Below, one piece after another: positions 10,838 to 24,045 of a stretch of 55,309 bases of DNA. Position 1 is the first letter of the stretch. Each line of letters starts with the position of its first letter. Position numbers and translations under genes: made by a program. Source of the stretch: Rhizaria sp. SCN 62-66 (Eukaryota); contig MEDY01000186.1 in assembly GCA_001724265.1 (NCBI GenBank), positions 1-55,309 of the forward strand, read 5' to 3'. The notes under the pieces were generated by a model that did not search any database, was not told the origin of the DNA, and saw only the letters and a program-made list of their open reading frames with translations.

Positions 10838-12457
10838 TTAACGACGATCACTGCGGTCACGGACGTAGTCACGGCGGTCACGCTCACGGTCACGCCCCGA
10901 ATCGCGGTCACGGTCACGGTCACTGCGCTCACGGCCATTATCACGGTCACGGTCACGGACGCTGCGGTCACGGTCACGGTCACGGTCACGATCATGATTC
11001 CTGTTATGATCACGTCCGTAGTCACGGTCGCGGTCACTGCGCTCGTTACGGCGACTGCTGCTGCTGTTGTTGCGATAATCACGGTCGCGGTCTCGCTCAC
11101 GGCCGTAATCACGGCTTCTGCGCTCACGGTCATACTCACGGTCGCGGTCTCGCTCACTGCTGCGGTACTCACGGTCACCGGCACGCTCACGGTCGCTCAT
11201 ACGCTCAAAGTCACCGCGGCTGTCGCGCCCACGCTCATCCCTGTGTCTGTCCCTGCGACTGTCATGATGACTGTCACGATCATCGTCGCGGTGACCGTGA
11301 CCGTGACCGCCGCTGCCACTGTCGCTGTGGTTGTTGTTGTTGTGGTGGTGCCTGTTGTTGTTGCTGCTGTTCTTGCCACGGGCAGCGGCACGCTCCGCGG
11401 CCTCTGCCGCCGCACGGGCCCTACGCTTGGCAGCAAGCTGCTCCATCACCTGTGCGCGACACAACAGCAAAAACAGTAAGAAAACAGTCAGCACGTGCAA
11501 GTGATCAGGTGAGCAAACAAAGACGAATAGACTCACAAACAAAAAAGTTATCTTCTTAAATGACGCAAAATTAAAACAAAATAAAAGTATGACAAGTGAC
11601 GTTACGTTGACAATGTGACGTACGAAAGACATGCCACCGGCGGCCGCGACGGCAGCTATTTCCCGCTCCCCCATCTCGGCACCTTTCGGCATGTCACTGT
11701 TGGTACCCAGGGTGGAACCCATGCCAGAACCCATGTCAGTACTCGTGCCTTCGTCCTCACTGCGACGTTGTCCTTTGCGGCCAGCGTTGTTGTTGCGGCG
11801 GCCGGAGCTGGATGATGAGACGTCGACCATAGCGTCATCGTCCGAGGGCGGCGCCGAGGTGACCCCGACGATCGTGTCGAGCTCGGCCGCGCTGGCTCCC
11901 GCAGCGCCCGCGCGCCGCCGCAGCAGCACACGCCGCGCCTCGGCCTCGACGCTCGCCCCCACACTGTTGATATCCAGAGTTGAACTCGCACTAGCATTAG
12001 TATGGTCATGGGAGGGAGTTGGTTCGACCCAGGGCCAGACGCGGCGGCGACGCGCTTCGTACGCCTCCTCGTCGTCAGAGTCGTATTGCTCGCGCTTGCC
12101 AGAGACGAGCTTGGGCGGACGGTACCGCGCGGCGTGGTCGACCCGCAGCGTCCGGTTGACTAGCGTCGCACCGTTGAGGTTGTCCACGGCAAGCACCGTC
12201 GATCGCTGGTCTTCGTAGGCAGCGAAGGCGAAACCGAGCGACTGCGACGTCTCCTTGTCGCGGCAGAGGTTAAGGTCGGTGATTTCGCCGAACTGGGAGA
12301 GGACCACAAGGAGGTCGCCCTCGGTGAGACCGCGGTCGAGGTTGCCGATGAAGATGTACGCGGAGTGTGAGTAGTCAGCGTGCCAGGACGCGGAGGAAGG
12401 AACGCCTTGCTCCAACTCCTGCTGGTTCATCTGCTGGATCTCGCGCACAACGTTCAT
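10838..12457 (-). CDS. RBMX2: RES complex RRM protein RBMX2/Snu17/Ist3 with RD/RE-rich tail; intron 11450-11623
   Basis: MNVVREIQQMNQQELE..SWHADYSHSAYIFIGNL..LTEGDLLVVLSQFGEI..GFAFAAYEDQRSTVLAVDNLNG..RTLRVDH. T-rich 174-nt intron GTACGT...GCACAG. Ends TAA. Confidence 0.93.
   Translation of the reverse strand: MNVVREIQQMNQQELEQGVPSSASWHADYSHSAYIFIGNLDRGLTEGDLLVVLSQFGEITDLNLCRDKETSQSLGFAFAAYEDQRSTVLAVDNLNGATLVNRTLRVDHAARYRPPKLVSGKREQYDSDDEEAYEARRRRVWPWVEPTPSHDHTNASASSTLDINSVGASVEAEARRVLLRRRAGAAGASAAELDTIVGVTSAPPSDDDAMVDVSSSSSGRRNNNAGRKGQRRSEDEGTSTDMGSGMGSTLGTNSDMPKGAEMGEREIAAVAAAGGMSFVRHIVNVTSLVILLFCFNFASFKKITFLFVSLFVFVCSPDHLHVLTVFLLFLLLCRAQVMEQLAAKRRARAAAEAAERAAARGKNSSNNNRHHHNNNNHSDSGSGGHGHGHRDDDRDSHHDSRRDRHRDERGRDSRGDFERMSDRERAGDREYRSSERDRDREYDRERRSRDYGRERDRDRDYRNNSSSSRRNERSDRDRDYGRDHNRNHDRDRDRDRDRSVRDRDRDNGRERSDRDRDRDSGRDRERDRRDYVRDRSDRR
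10845..11300 (-). repeat. Degenerate hexamer repeats (CGTGAC)n encoding Arg-Asp/Arg-Glu dipeptides in the RBMX2 tail
   Basis: Repeated gtcacg on the + strand, translating as RDRDRD/RERSD on the - strand. Confidence 0.85.
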
Positions 12458-13221
12458 GGCGCGCGTAATCAAACCGCGAAGCTGCGGGGAATGAGCGAGG
12501 CTGGCGAGAAGGACGGGTGTGGAGTCGACTGGGTGGTGGGGACAGCGGCAGCGATGCTCAGACGGCAACGGCTACAGGCAAAGCGGGGCTCAGAGCGGCG
12601 TGCTGGCGCTGGATAACGCCGTGACGGGGAGCCGCTGCGGTGAGGTGCACCCTAACAGATTGTCAGTCTCGGGACAGCGATGCGTTTCGAGCGGGGCACG
12701 CTGTGTCTCGCTGTGGTCAGACGGGTCTCGACGCTTTTAAACTTGAGGGTAAGGGACGGTCAAGTGGGCGGAGGAGACAAGGATATATGAGCGGTATTAC
12801 ATCGTCGAAGTGTTACATTAAAAGACTAATAGAATTAACTATGAAAAAAATACTTGGTTTTACAACAAAGTCGTTATTGACAGTCACTTCAGAGCACTAT
12901 TACAAAATTTGCTCCGACCCAGCGCCAAATGCAACTAGCAAAGCGCGCCTCGCCAAACTCAACTTTTTCGTCCTAATTTTAAGAATATCTCTTCCGACAT
13001 TGCAGTTATAGCGTTAATACTGAGATATTTCTCTATAGAAGCACATTTACTAAAGAGAAAATCTTCTTATATTCAATTATTACTCGTAACTCAGTGTATA
13101 ATTGCGCATTTCTAATGTCCCACCTCCTCTACTTCCTCTTTCCGCCACTCCCTGTCCCGCGCTCCCCTGCGCTCAGGAGGACTCTCTCCGACCACCACAG
13201 TCCCTGTCTTGCTGCGCACGC

Positions 13222-16200
13222 ATGTCGCTCTACGGCAAATCGGGCGGCTCTGTCGTTGCGGCCAGTGCTGGCAGCGCAACTGGAGGCCTCTACGCCCGTA
13301 AGCAACCAGCAGCTCCCGCCTCTAACACAGCCTCTGCAACTGGCGCGACCAGCGCTGCACCGACCGGAGCAGCGTCATCAGCTGCTGGTGCCGCTGCGCC
13401 GGGATCGCTCTACGCCTCCGTGACGTCCTACGTGGCTGGCCCCGCGCGGCCCCCGGCGAACACGACGCCCGCGCAAGTGCCCGCATATGCTTCCTCTTCC
13501 TCTTCCTCTGTGTCTGCTGCGTCGTCGTCGTCGTTGTCAGTGGCAGCGTACGCTGCTGCGTCCGCGTCTGCTGCCTCTGCGCCGATGTCTGCCACGGGTG
13601 TAAGTACTCAGCCCGCGTCTGCTATTGGAGCAGGCTCGCTGTATCGCACATCGTCGACGGTCTCTCGCGCACCTACAGTGACTCCAATCGTAGTGACTTC
13701 AAACACAGGCGCAACAACAGCAACAGCAACAGCATCAGCAACAGCAGCGACGATGAGCACAGCGGCTACGAGCGCCGTGACGCAATCTCGGTCTGTAGGC
13801 AGTTTATATCAACGGCCATCCTCCTTTGTCACACCGAATCCAACCTCTTCCCTGATCACCCCAGCGAACACAACTAGCGCCGTCTCTAACGCGGCGTTGC
13901 CGCAGCAGCGGCCAGCGTCGCCGTCACTATTCCCGTTCGATGCGTCACCGACTGCAGCTCACTCGACAGCACACGCGACCCCACGTCCCGCCGCGACTGC
14001 GTCTGCAGCTGCAGCTGCGTCGACTACACCTGTTGCGACTGCATCACTGTCTGTGTACACTGCAACGTCTGGCAATAGCGGCGTCAACAGAAATAACAAT
14101 ATGTATAGCAACAAGAGCAACTACATCGGCAGTAGCGCTGCTGTATCCAGTTCCACTGCTGCAGCGTCGTCGGCTGCCCCAGCGACTGTGAGCACCAGCC
14201 AAACGCTGACTGCCAACACCCGCCTCGCTGTCACAGCGCTGTCGAACCTGTCCACTCACGCCGCCGCCCTTGCCCGCGCCAGCGCCAGCGCCGGCACCAG
14301 CTCTGCGGTGGCATCCGCTGCGACCGCGTTTGCCGCGAGCGACGCGGCGGTGTTCCGCGCGGCCGACGCTCTCAACGGCGCAGCGGCAAACGCTCTCAAG
14401 CCAGAGCTGGTTAAGCAACAGCAGCATGGCCAGCAGGGGCGTGGGCTAACACAGGAGACGACTGCACTGACGGCGGCGTTGGTCCGCGCTACAGAGCACA
14501 TTGTCCCCGCCCACGGTCCGTTGCGGTTGCACTCCGCAGCTCCCGGTCACTCAATCGAGCCCAGTCACGGTGCCTGCCAGCCTGTGCCACGGTCGCTGCA
14601 CGCGAACGCGCCGGGCCCGCGGTCAGCAGCGACTGCATTCTCAGCACCTGGGCTGACGGGCCCTCAAGAGGGCGCTCTTGCCGGCGTCGTTGCGACGCTG
14701 CTCGCTCTTGGTCAAGAACAACAACAGCAACAGCAACAGTCTGACACCGCCGCTGATGACTGTGACTGGGATAACACGCGTGCAGTTGTGACACTGCGTC
14801 CCGGCCTTGCCGTTCAGCCTCCCACGAGTACTGGCACGCGTGCCACGGGTAACAGGTACACGCAGGCCGTGAGCGCCAACAACGCCGCCGCGGCCGAGGC
14901 TGCAGCCGTGACCGCGAGCGCGTGTCCACCGGGAAGCTTTTACGCGCCCACAGTCGCCCATCCGTTCCCCACCGATGGGTTTGCTCTGCTAACTGTCTCT
15001 AGCAACAACAACAGTAACGGGGTTGACGGCGCTGACTCCATTGCTGGTCCTCAGTCCGCATCCTCACTTATCGACACATCTGCGAGCGCGAGTGCCAATG
15101 CCAGTGCGAATGAGAGCGTGAGTGCAGAGGCGCTGCTGGGCGCAGCGGGCGCGGTGCCGCTTATCGGCAGTGCACGGCGGGCCGCTGTGGCGCCGCTGTC
15201 TGCCGAGGCGCGCCGAGTGCTCGGGCTCAGTGACTCCACGACGGCGCTCACGGTCACTTCTGGGCTGCCCACAGTCGCTTCTGGTTTGGCCACGAAGGGA
15301 TATCCTGCGCCGCCAGTGGTTTTGCAGAGCGCGCCGGCGATTCAGTACAACGCGTCTGCGACGACGACGACGACGACGACTTACGTTGCGCAGAATGCCA
15401 CTGCGCTGACCTACGCCGGCTTTGGTACGGTGAACAACACCGCTGCAAACGCATCTAACACAGCCCAGACCGCAACCACTGCGTATGCGAGTGCAACTGC
15501 GAATGCGAGTACTGCGTCCCGCGCGCCGGTTAAGAGTGAGGCTACTGCAACTGTATCTGCACCCCCGCCTCGTCACTATGGGACTTCAGCCGATGTGCAG
15601 TACACTGGCGATTCGTTCGACGACGGACCGCCGCCGCTTGAGTCACTGCCTGCTGAGGAGTTCAAGATCAAACGCGAGTACTCCACACAGATCGCCGCCT
15701 CGAGCACAGCACCCGCTGCGGAATCGGTGGCTGCTGCTCTTGGTGTTCCTGTCGGTGCAAGCGGGGCTTCGTTATACCGCAACACACAGCCCAATAGCAA
15801 CGTCTACAGCAACAATAACGGCAGCGGGAGCAGCGCCAGTAAGGACTCCAGCGCTTATGTCAAGGGTTCCTCGCCAAGCTCTATGAAGGCCGACGCGATT
15901 GCTGCTGTTCCGAGTGTCGCAGCCGCACAGCCTGCGTCGTACGTTGTTGGCGCGGTTATGGCCGCCGCATCTGAAAGCAAACCGACGAGATCAGCCGCTG
16001 CTGGCGGACAAGAGAGCAAATTACACTTTGATCAACAACAGCAACAACAGCGTCAGTCAAAGCTTGCGGCTGACACTGCACAGGAGCACAAAGACAGTCA
16101 CTACACCAGCCCCGTTTCTGTTCACAACAATCACAACGCTACCTCGAGCTCAAGTTCTAGCGCCAGCTCGAGTTCTGCAGTGGACACTGGTGCAAGCAGT

Positions 16201-19200
16201 ACATCTGCTGCTGCTGCAGTTAGCGCAGACAACAATGGCGATTTTGGCGCGGATCATTGGGGCGATGAGCCGCCTATGTATGACGAGTGGATTCCTGACG
16301 ACTTCGACGACAACAATTTCCACGACGATACCGGCAACGGTGCAGGTGACTCGAACTATGATCAACAGGTGCAAGAGCACGAACAAAGTCAGTGGCAGCA
16401 TAATTCGAAGACGCAGCCGAAAGTCAAGTCGCACATGACTGCGGCAACGAGCATCTACAGTCAGCGGCCGGCTCAACAGCAAGCGCAGTATCAAGCGCAA
16501 CAGCAGAACGGTTACGGCGCAATCACCCCGCCGGCAACTGCTGCATCGGGAACCTCTGGGAGCATTTACGGTGCAGCGCAGCGCAACCCAGTTGCAGCGA
16601 ATCAGTCCGGGAGCGCTTACGCGACTCCCCCAGTCGGTCCCGCTGCTCCCGCTGCGAGTGCAGGCGCCAACTCTGCCACAGCAGCGGTGTCCAGCATCTA
16701 CAACAAGAACCGCACTCCTGCCTCGGCTTCTGCTGCGGCAGCCGCTGCCGCTACTGCTATGCCATCTGGAGCCCCCTTTGGCGCGACTGCTGGCGCAAGT
16801 GCCGCGAGCGCATTCGGGTCTGTTGCTATTGCAGCACAGTCCGCGTCTTCCAGCACGTACAGCGGCATCTACTCGAACAATCACAGCAACAACAACGACG
16901 CATCAGCTGCTGCGGCTGCGGCTGCGGCTGGTGTCGATGTCGACAATGCCGCCGCCGCCACTGCGAGCGCTGTCAGCGAGCTCGACGAGACCACCACCAC
17001 TGCCTTCGCGACGGATGTCGATACAACGGGCGCGCTCGAATCCTTGCTCCCACCGCTGCTGCTGCGCCGCTTGCAACACAACAATCTCGACACGTTTAGT
17101 AACAGCTCGTTCCGCCCACTGCAGCTCACCGCCGTCGCCGCCACGCTGGCCGGGCTCGACGCCGTGGTGCTGATCCCGACCGGCGGCGGTAAATCCCTGT
17201 GTTACCAGTTGCCCGCTGTGTTCGAGAACCTCCCCGAGCACTGCCGGCCGTGCCCCGCGCCCGCTGCGCTGCGCCACACCGGCGCCAGCCACAGTGGCGC
17301 TGGCACCGGGGCGAATATCGGCGTGCTCGACCGCCGTGGCGCCGCCGCCGCGCTCGCGTCCTGCGGCTACGGCAACAACAACGGCGGCGGATATGGCGCT
17401 GCGGCTGCGGCTGCGGCGGGGGGTGCGTGCAACGGCGAAGGTCTGGTGTACGCGCACCCGCCCGAGTCTCCCGGCGCGGCGGCGCGACTCCCCGCCGTCG
17501 CCGTGCGCCCCGGCGTGACAGTGGTTTTCTCACCCCTCGTCTCGCTGATCCAGGACCAAGTTGAGTCGCTGCGAGAAGCCGGTGTGCACGCGTCAGCGCT
17601 CGCGCGGAGCAACCTGGGTCCCTTTTCCGGCGACGACGATGGCGGCGATGATGGCGGCGGCGGCCGAAATGCGTTCTCGCAGCACCCGCAGGGCGGCAAG
17701 GGCGGGAAGCGGCAGAAGCGCCCGTCGCAGTCGACGTCGCAGTCCGCGTCCGCGTCGGAAGGGTTCGGAGACGACGCTCGCACGGTCTGGGCGCGCGCGT
17801 TCACTGCGGACCCCGCCGAGCGCCTGCGGCTGTTGTACTTGACGCCTGAGAAGCTGAAGAAGAGCGACGCCACGCGCGAGCGCCTGCAGGCGTTGCACCG
17901 TTCGGGCCGTCTCGCGCGCTTCGTCGTCGACGAAGTCCACTGTCTGAGTCAGTGGGGACACGACTTCCGGCCTGACTACCTCGTCCTGTCGACGCTTAAG
18001 ACCGACTTCCCCGGCGTGCCCATCATCGCGCTCACCGCGACGGCGACCCCCGCCGTCGTTGCCAATGTCGCACAAGTGCTCAAGCTGCGAAACCCGGTCT
18101 ACGCGCTTCCGGGCCCCGCCGGCAACGCGGTGTTTGCGAACAACGCCGCGCTCGTGCTGCAGACACGTTTGCGCCCGCTGCTCGGTCCGTCTGGCCCTGG
18201 TGCCGCGTCGGCGTCGGCTCAGGGCGCGACGCCGGTGCTACGGCGCTCGTTCAACCGCGAGAATCTCATCTACGAAGTGCGCGATAAGACGAAGACTCAC
18301 AAGGAAGACATTGTGGCGTTTATCAAGACGCATTACCCGCGCGCGTGCGGCATCGTGTACTGTCTCGCGCGCAAGGAGACTGAGGAGATGGCCGCATTCC
18401 TGACTAGACACGGCGTGACAGCGAACTTTTACCACGCCGAGGCCAAGAACAAGGCCGCTGCGCAGCGCCAGTGGGCCGAAGACCGCGTGCAAGTCATGGT
18501 TGCCACGATCGCGTTCGGCATGGGGATTGACAAGCGCGACGTGCGCTTCGTTATCCACGACACGCTGTCCAAGTCGCTCGAGGGCTACTACCAAGAAGCC
18601 GGCCGCGCTGGCCGTGACGGCGCGCCATCGCACTGCGTTCTCTACTACTCACCAGGCGACAAGGCACGTCTGGACCGCATGCTCGCGCCGGACTACTCGA
18701 AGCAGAAGCATCTCTCACGGCCGCAGCAGAACGAGCTCACTGTGCTCAACGCGCGCAAGCTCGACGCCATGGTCGGCTACTGCATCAACACCTACGATTG
18801 CCGCCGCGCGCTCACTCTGCGGTACTTTTCCGAAGACTTCGACCGCGCGCGCTGCCGCCGCGGCTGCGACAACTGCGCCGCGCTCGCGCAGGGCTGTCTC
18901 GCCGACGCCACAGCGGCCGCACAGGCGCTGCTGCGGCTCGCGCTGAGCCTCGCTTTCCCGCCCCGCAGCGTCGCCGCGACGCCGCAGGCACAGGCCGCGG
19001 CCGCCGCGATGCACCAGCGCACGCAGGAGCTGCTCGCCGCTGCGCGCGGCGCGGCCCCGCTGCCGACCGCGACCGCGGGCGTGCGGCTGCTGGCCTCGTT
19101 GCGCGGCCGCGAGTCGCGCTTCAAGCCGTCGGACCTGCTGCGCGCGTTTGCAGGCAAGGGCGCCGCCGACCTTGCGGCGTACGGTGACGACAACGGCAAC

Positions 19201-22200
19201 GGCGACGACGACGATGACGACTTCGGTGGCGGCGGCGGGGCGCGTGCCCGCAGCAAGTCCCGCAAGGGCGCCACGGGGCGCATCGGCTCTCCCGCCGGCC
19301 GCAGCTCCTCTGCGGCCGTGATGGTGTTCCCTTCATATGTTGCGCAGATGCCAGAGTTCGGCGCAGCAGCCTTTACGCTGCCGCACGCGACTCCAGCGTC
19401 ACAAGCCGCCCCAGCGGTGACGGGCTCGGCCGCGGTCCTCGCTGCCGCTGCGATGCGTGCCAAGGCCAAGTTTTCTACTGCAACCGCCAACACTGCGTCC
19501 GCGAGCTCTTCATCTGCTACGGGCTCGAGCTCGAGCGCGAGTGTGAGCGCACCTGCTGAGGCACTCGCGTCATCGGCGGCGTCGGCAACGCTTTCTGACC
19601 ACCAGCGCCTTTTGGCGTTGGCCGTTGACCGCGGTTTACTCACCGTCCAGCGGCATGAGTGGCGCGGCGGCAGCTTCGGCGGCGTGACACTCTCGGTCGC
19701 ACTGGGCGCAAATCTACCGCTCATCTGGGCTCTGCTGACCGCGCGTGTCACGTCGCCTGCGCAGGACGACCCCCTCGTCGCGACGCCCTCGGCCGCGGCA
19801 GCGCTGACGCGCATGAACGTAAGCGCGGGCCCGCACGCCGCTGCGCCGGGGCGGCGCGCGGTGGTGTCGTTGCTGGGCCCACGCGCACTGGCGATGCAGC
19901 ACACGGCGCTGTGCCGGCGGCTCGGCTGGCAGGAGCGCGACGTCTACGTCTCTGCAGACGCGCAGCAACAACAACAGCAGCAATCTGCACAGATGCAACA
20001 AAAGCAGCAGAGAGTGAGCTGGGCGTTTGACCCCGCGTCGGCGCTGGCCCGCGGGGCCGACGGCGTTGCTGCCGAGAGCGAGTGGGCGAATCTGCTGCGC
20101 GCCTCTGTCTCCGCGCCCACTGCCACCGCAGTCGCGAGCTCTGCCAGCGCGACTGCGGACGATGGCAACCCGGTGCGCGTGCTGCTGGGGCTGCGCATGG
20201 CCGCGGCGGCGACGGCACGCGCCTCGCGCGCCAAAGAGAAAGCCGCCGAGCGCGACGCCAAGACGGCTGGGCGCGAGGCCAAGGCCGCGGAGAAGGCGCG
20301 CAAGGCGCAAGAGAAGAAGGCTGAGGCCGCCGCCGCGCGCGCTGCCAAGTCCGCGCTCACGCCCAAGAGGTCTCGTGGGAGCGCTGCCGCCGCCGCTGAT
20401 GCTGGCGCCACTGCGACCCAGGATGATGTCGTGCTGGATACGGATGAGTACGACGGCAGCGAGCTCGAGATCTCGCCGCTGCGGCCCGTGGATCACCACG
20501 CGCCTAACGCCAAGCCGGGCACAACGGCGGCGCGCAGGCTCGCGACGATTGCCGCCGGCGCCGCTGCTGCTGCTGCTGCTGCGGCGGTGGCGGCCGCTGA
20601 TGCTGGTACTGGCGCGGTTGCGGGCAAGGCGTCGCTGCTGTCGCCGCTCGCGGCCGCGACGGCCGGCAGCGCGGCCGCAGCGCCGGGCGCGGGTCGCGCG
20701 TGGATGCGCCCTTCCGCGCGTCCCGTGCCAGCTGACAACGACGACGACAACGACGACGACGACGATGACGACGGTGTCATCGGCAAGGGCGCGCACGCCA
20801 AGGCCAAGCGCGGCCAGAAGAAGGGCCAGCCCGCGCCACCGGTCACAGTGCCGATGCCGGCCGCAGCTGGACTCGGACTCGGACTCAGCGCGGGAGGCGC
20901 TCTGGGCGGTGCGCGCGGCCGCGGGCTGGCGCAGTCAGAGGCCGCGGCGGTTGCGATGGCTGCAGAGGCCCGGCGCCGCGCCGAGCTCGCCGCTGCCCAG
21001 CACGGTCACGGCCATGATGGCAGCGAGAGTGACGAGTTGGGGCTGATGACGCAAGATCTGTCCACGCGGTTGCAGAACCGCGAGGCCGCGAACGCTGCTG
21101 CTCTTGCTGCGGAGAGAGCGCACCAGCAGCAACAGCAACAAGCAATGCACGACGGCGGTGCGGGCGAGGATGACCACGACCTCAACGACGACTACGACGA
21201 CTATCATGATGCAACGGCCGGGTCCGGTGCGCCGGCGACTGCTGGCGGACTGGCGGCGCTGGACCGTTTTGCAGCCTCGTCCGCTCACGCATCCCCAGCG
21301 CGTTCAGGCATGCTGGCGTCCTCCGCTGCTTCGCCAGTGAGATCGAGTGCGACCGTCGGTGCGCGCAGGACGGGCGCGGGGCGCAGTGCGCAGCAGTCCG
21401 CCACTTCGTCGCTTGCTGCTGCTGGTGCTGCTGCGGGCGCAGCTGCCGGGGCGGCCACGGCCCAGTCAGGCTGGCTTACACCCAATGCCAAGGCAGCGTC
21501 TGCTGCGGCAGCCGCGACAGCTCTGTCGCGCGCATCGTCGTCGTTGACCGTGAACGAGTCTGAAGCGATCCTGATCGACGACGACGACGACGACGACGAT
21601 GACGGTGGTCAATGTGGCACCGGCAGCGGCTACGCGACGCCCGTGATGTCCCGCGCACGCAGTCGCGGCAAGCGTGGTGCGTCTCCGGGCGCGGCGTCGA
21701 TCCCCGGCGACGGCGGCATCGTCAACGGCGTCGTTTCGATCGGCCCCGTGGGCTCGGGCCGCATGCCGCTGGTCGGCTCTGTGTGGACCGGCGCAGTGCC
21801 CGCTGCGAAGCCGCGCATGAGCATGGCTGCCGCCGCAGCCACGCCCGCTACGGGGCGCACGGCGGCGAGTCCTGCGTCAACCAAGAGCACTGCGCCCGCG
21901 CTCGTCCGCGCTGCGCAGGCGAACAAGGCGGCTGCCGAGGCGGCGGCCGCAGCCGCAGCCACAAGCAACGGCGTGAGTGCTGCTGGTGCTGCTGGTGATA
22001 GCGGCGACATGTTCAAGGACGCGTACGACATTGATGACGACGACGATAACGAGGGCGTCAGGCTCACCATCAGAAGCGCAAACACAAGCTTCAGCTCTGG
22101 TGCGCGGAGCTCGACTCAGGGACAGGGACAGGGACAACCGGGACAGCCGACGCGGTGGTCGCAGCAGTCGGACGCAATGTTGTCGGACGATTCCGCCGGC

Positions 22201-23856
22201 ATCTCACTCACGGCCTCACCTTCGTCCAAGCCCACCGCCACCGGCACTCAGCGTGTGGGTGCGCGTGCCAATGCATTGGCCGCCAGCCAGGGTCTGGAGC
22301 TGCGGCATACTCTTGTGCCACCACGCACTGATTTCTCGCAGATGGACCGCGAAGAGGCGTTGTACGAGCAAGAACAATTGCGACAGCAGCAAAAGCAGCA
22401 TGCACAACAGCAGCAGATGCGCGCGCAAGACGACGGCGTTGATCTCGAGATGAGCGACGACGACAACAACGGTCTTGACGAAGAGGACGAGGACGAGCAG
22501 GATGACGACGATTACGATGAGAATGAGACTGAGGAGGAAGTGCAGCTGCGTACGCTGCGGCGCCGTCTTACGGCCACGCTTTTCCGCGGATACACTGCTG
22601 CGCGGCAGACTGCAGTCGAGGACGCGATTGTGCTTGTGCGCAGCGCTAACAACATTGTGCGCCGCCAGTTGACACTTGCTGTTATTACTGAGCTGCGCCA
22701 CTCACTGCCGATGGATCCGCTCTCAGTCTCTCTGCGCGCGCGTATGAATCGCGTACACATGCGCAACACTGGCCACCTCGTGCTGTTTTCTATCATCTCG
22801 GCGCTCGCGGCCGCCGGTGTGCGCGTGCGCCGCCGCTGGGATCCCGCAGTGCTGGCCGAGGTCGGGCTTGGCTCTTCCCCGGTGCACCCTGCCGTGGCTG
22901 CTGCGCGCGACGAAGCCGACAAACTCCGCGCTGAGATCGCTGCGTTGCGCAACAGTGCTGGGATCGGTGCCGATGCCGGTGCTGGTGGCGCCGCGGCCGT
23001 TGAGGCGTGCGCGTGTTATGACACGAGTCTCAACCTTGCGCGCCTGCTCACAGTCACCCGCACCCGCGCGCGCCACCTGCGCGCCGCTGCAGCCGGCAAC
23101 GTCATCGCCACCGCCGCAGCCGCTGCGCTCGAGTCCGAAGAGCAAACCCTCCGCGCCCGTGTCGCGCGCGAGCTCGCCGAAGAAGAGTTTGTTGCGCTCG
23201 ATCCCCGTTGGTTGCTGCGGCCCGGCGACGACAAGAGCGCGCGCGAGCCCGCAGCGAAGACTGCGATGGAGGACTGGCTCTCCATTCCCGAGTCGCTTGC
23301 GGCAGATGTTGACGACGCTGCGTACGCGCTGCCCGCAGCCGCACCCTCTGGTGGCTCTGGCGCTACTGGCGCTGGAACGGCGAGGGGGCAGCAGACGTGG
23401 GCTGCGGGTGCTGTGAATGCCAACACTGGCTACGGAGACCCGTATGGCGGCGCATCGCTCGCGGTGTTTCCCCCCGCACAGTTTCCGTATGCGCAGCAGA
23501 CGCAATCCCAGGCCATCACGCAACAACCGACGCAATCTGCAGCTGCGTTCGGAGGCGAGCACATCTCGATGGCGCAGCTGACAGACACGCAGGCGTTTGC
23601 GCGCATGCACTCGACGAGTGACAGCGCCGCTGCAGTGGGCCATGAGAACGGTGGTCCCGTGGTGAAGCGCAGCAGGCTGTCTGGAGCCAATGACGGTGGA
23701 CCTCTCGCCGCTGCAGCATCCGCCGCTGCGACAACAGGCACAGGCCAAACTTCTGATGTACAAAACGACGAACACGCGAACATCAATGCGTACTCTATCG
23801 AACATGAACACGGTGCCAGTCTTGAATCGCAGTACGAAGGAGACGAAGCATGGTGA
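13222..23856 (+). CDS. RecQ-family DNA helicase (BLM/Sgs1-like), ~3544 aa, uninterrupted ORF
   Basis: FRPLQ (motif 0), [85 protein letters not shown] and RQC zinc motif CRR...C...CDNC within ~17090-18880. First in-frame ATG at 13222. Ends TGA. Confidence 0.95.
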   Translation: MSLYGKSGGSVVAASAGSATGGLYARKQPAAPASNTASATGATSAAPTGAASSAAGAAAPGSLYASVTSYVAGPARPPANTTPAQVPAYASSSSSSVSAASSSSLSVAAYAAASASAASAPMSATGVSTQPASAIGAGSLYRTSSTVSRAPTVTPIVVTSNTGATTATATASATAATMSTAATSAVTQSRSVGSLYQRPSSFVTPNPTSSLITPANTTSAVSNAALPQQRPASPSLFPFDASPTAAHSTAHATPRPAATASAAAAASTTPVATASLSVYTATSGNSGVNRNNNMYSNKSNYIGSSAAVSSSTAAASSAAPATVSTSQTLTANTRLAVTALSNLSTHAAALARASASAGTSSAVASAATAFAASDAAVFRAADALNGAAANALKPELVKQQQHGQQGRGLTQETTALTAALVRATEHIVPAHGPLRLHSAAPGHSIEPSHGACQPVPRSLHANAPGPRSAATAFSAPGLTGPQEGALAGVVATLLALGQEQQQQQQQSDTAADDCDWDNTRAVVTLRPGLAVQPPTSTGTRATGNRYTQAVSANNAAAAEAAAVTASACPPGSFYAPTVAHPFPTDGFALLTVSSNNNSNGVDGADSIAGPQSASSLIDTSASASANASANESVSAEALLGAAGAVPLIGSARRAAVAPLSAEARRVLGLSDSTTALTVTSGLPTVASGLATKGYPAPPVVLQSAPAIQYNASATTTTTTTYVAQNATALTYAGFGTVNNTAANASNTAQTATTAYASATANASTASRAPVKSEATATVSAPPPRHYGTSADVQYTGDSFDDGPPPLESLPAEEFKIKREYSTQIAASSTAPAAESVAAALGVPVGASGASLYRNTQPNSNVYSNNNGSGSSASKDSSAYVKGSSPSSMKADAIAAVPSVAAAQPASYVVGAVMAAASESKPTRSAAAGGQESKLHFDQQQQQQRQSKLAADTAQEHKDSHYTSPVSVHNNHNATSSSSSSASSSSAVDTGASSTSAAAAVSADNNGDFGADHWGDEPPMYDEWIPDDFDDNNFHDDTGNGAGDSNYDQQVQEHEQSQWQHNSKTQPKVKSHMTAATSIYSQRPAQQQAQYQAQQQNGYGAITPPATAASGTSGSIYGAAQRNPVAANQSGSAYATPPVGPAAPAASAGANSATAAVSSIYNKNRTPASASAAAAAAATAMPSGAPFGATAGASAASAFGSVAIAAQSASSSTYSGIYSNNHSNNNDASAAAAAAAAGVDVDNAAAATASAVSELDETTTTAFATDVDTTGALESLLPPLLLRRLQHNNLDTFSNSSFRPLQLTAVAATLAGLDAVVLIPTGGGKSLCYQLPAVFENLPEHCRPCPAPAALRHTGASHSGAGTGANIGVLDRRGAAAALASCGYGNNNGGGYGAAAAAAAGGACNGEGLVYAHPPESPGAAARLPAVAVRPGVTVVFSPLVSLIQDQVESLREAGVHASALARSNLGPFSGDDDGGDDGGGGRNAFSQHPQGGKGGKRQKRPSQSTSQSASASEGFGDDARTVWARAFTADPAERLRLLYLTPEKLKKSDATRERLQALHRSGRLARFVVDEVHCLSQWGHDFRPDYLVLSTLKTDFPGVPIIALTATATPAVVANVAQVLKLRNPVYALPGPAGNAVFANNAALVLQTRLRPLLGPSGPGAASASAQGATPVLRRSFNRENLIYEVRDKTKTHKEDIVAFIKTHYPRACGIVYCLARKETEEMAAFLTRHGVTANFYHAEAKNKAAAQRQWAEDRVQVMVATIAFGMGIDKRDVRFVIHDTLSKSLEGYYQEAGRAGRDGAPSHCVLYYSPGDKARLDRMLAPDYSKQKHLSRPQQNELTVLNARKLDAMVGYCINTYDCRRALTLRYFSEDFDRARCRRGCDNCAALAQGCLADATAAAQALLRLALSLAFPPRSVAATPQAQAAAAAMHQRTQELLAAARGAAPLPTATAGVRLLASLRGRESRFKPSDLLRAFAGKGAADLAAYGDDNGNGDDDDDDFGGGGGARARSKSRKGATGRIGSPAGRSSSAAVMVFPSYVAQMPEFGAAAFTLPHATPASQAAPAVTGSAAVLAAAAMRAKAKFSTATANTASASSSSATGSSSSASVSAPAEALASSAASATLSDHQRLLALAVDRGLLTVQRHEWRGGSFGGVTLSVALGANLPLIWALLTARVTSPAQDDPLVATPSAAAALTRMNVSAGPHAAAPGRRAVVSLLGPRALAMQHTALCRRLGWQERDVYVSADAQQQQQQQSAQMQQKQQRVSWAFDPASALARGADGVAAESEWANLLRASVSAPTATAVASSASATADDGNPVRVLLGLRMAAAATARASRAKEKAAERDAKTAGREAKAAEKARKAQEKKAEAAAARAAKSALTPKRSRGSAAAAADAGATATQDDVVLDTDEYDGSELEISPLRPVDHHAPNAKPGTTAARRLATIAAGAAAAAAAAAVAAADAGTGAVAGKASLLSPLAAATAGSAAAAPGAGRAWMRPSARPVPADNDDDNDDDDDDDGVIGKGAHAKAKRGQKKGQPAPPVTVPMPAAAGLGLGLSAGGALGGARGRGLAQSEAAAVAMAAEARRRAELAAAQHGHGHDGSESDELGLMTQDLSTRLQNREAANAAALAAERAHQQQQQQAMHDGGAGEDDHDLNDDYDDYHDATAGSGAPATAGGLAALDRFAASSAHASPARSGMLASSAASPVRSSATVGARRTGAGRSAQQSATSSLAAAGAAAGAAAGAATAQSGWLTPNAKAASAAAAATALSRASSSLTVNESEAILIDDDDDDDDDGGQCGTGSGYATPVMSRARSRGKRGASPGAASIPGDGGIVNGVVSIGPVGSGRMPLVGSVWTGAVPAAKPRMSMAAAAATPATGRTAASPASTKSTAPALVRAAQANKAAAEAAAAAAATSNGVSAAGAAGDSGDMFKDAYDIDDDDDNEGVRLTIRSANTSFSSGARSSTQGQGQGQPGQPTRWSQQSDAMLSDDSAGISLTASPSSKPTATGTQRVGARANALAASQGLELRHTLVPPRTDFSQMDREEALYEQEQLRQQQKQHAQQQQMRAQDDGVDLEMSDDDNNGLDEEDEDEQDDDDYDENETEEEVQLRTLRRRLTATLFRGYTAARQTAVEDAIVLVRSANNIVRRQLTLAVITELRHSLPMDPLSVSLRARMNRVHMRNTGHLVLFSIISALAAAGVRVRRRWDPAVLAEVGLGSSPVHPAVAAARDEADKLRAEIAALRNSAGIGADAGAGGAAAVEACACYDTSLNLARLLTVTRTRARHLRAAAAGNVIATAAAAALESEEQTLRARVARELAEEEFVALDPRWLLRPGDDKSAREPAAKTAMEDWLSIPESLAADVDDAAYALPAAAPSGGSGATGAGTARGQQTWAAGAVNANTGYGDPYGGASLAVFPPAQFPYAQQTQSQAITQQPTQSAAAFGGEHISMAQLTDTQAFARMHSTSDSAAAVGHENGGPVVKRSRLSGANDGGPLAAAASAAATTGTGQTSDVQNDEHANINAYSIEHEHGASLESQYEGDEAW

Positions 23857-24045
23857 TTCTGTCGTCTCACGAATAGCATATTCATCAAGAACAAGGAATA
23901 CTAAGTTAATCTAAGCTATATTAGACATCATTCAACGCTTACAAGTGCCGGAATACAAAGTAATGAGCGTTTATTTCTATTTTAAGCAATCATATTCTAT
24001 ATGTAACGAATAATATCAATGTTTGTTCAAACCTTTTTGACTCGC

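Noticed and set aside
10784-11559. His/Gly/Cys-rich 257-aa and Val/Thr-rich 231-aa plus-strand ORFs resembling metal-binding proteins
   Set aside because: Antisense shadows of the RBMX2 RD/RE repeat.
12458-12574. N-terminal extension of the RBMX2 ORF and an in-frame TAG at 12572-12574
   Set aside because: Lies upstream of the conserved MNVVREI start, so it is probably UTR or a CTGTAG acceptor.
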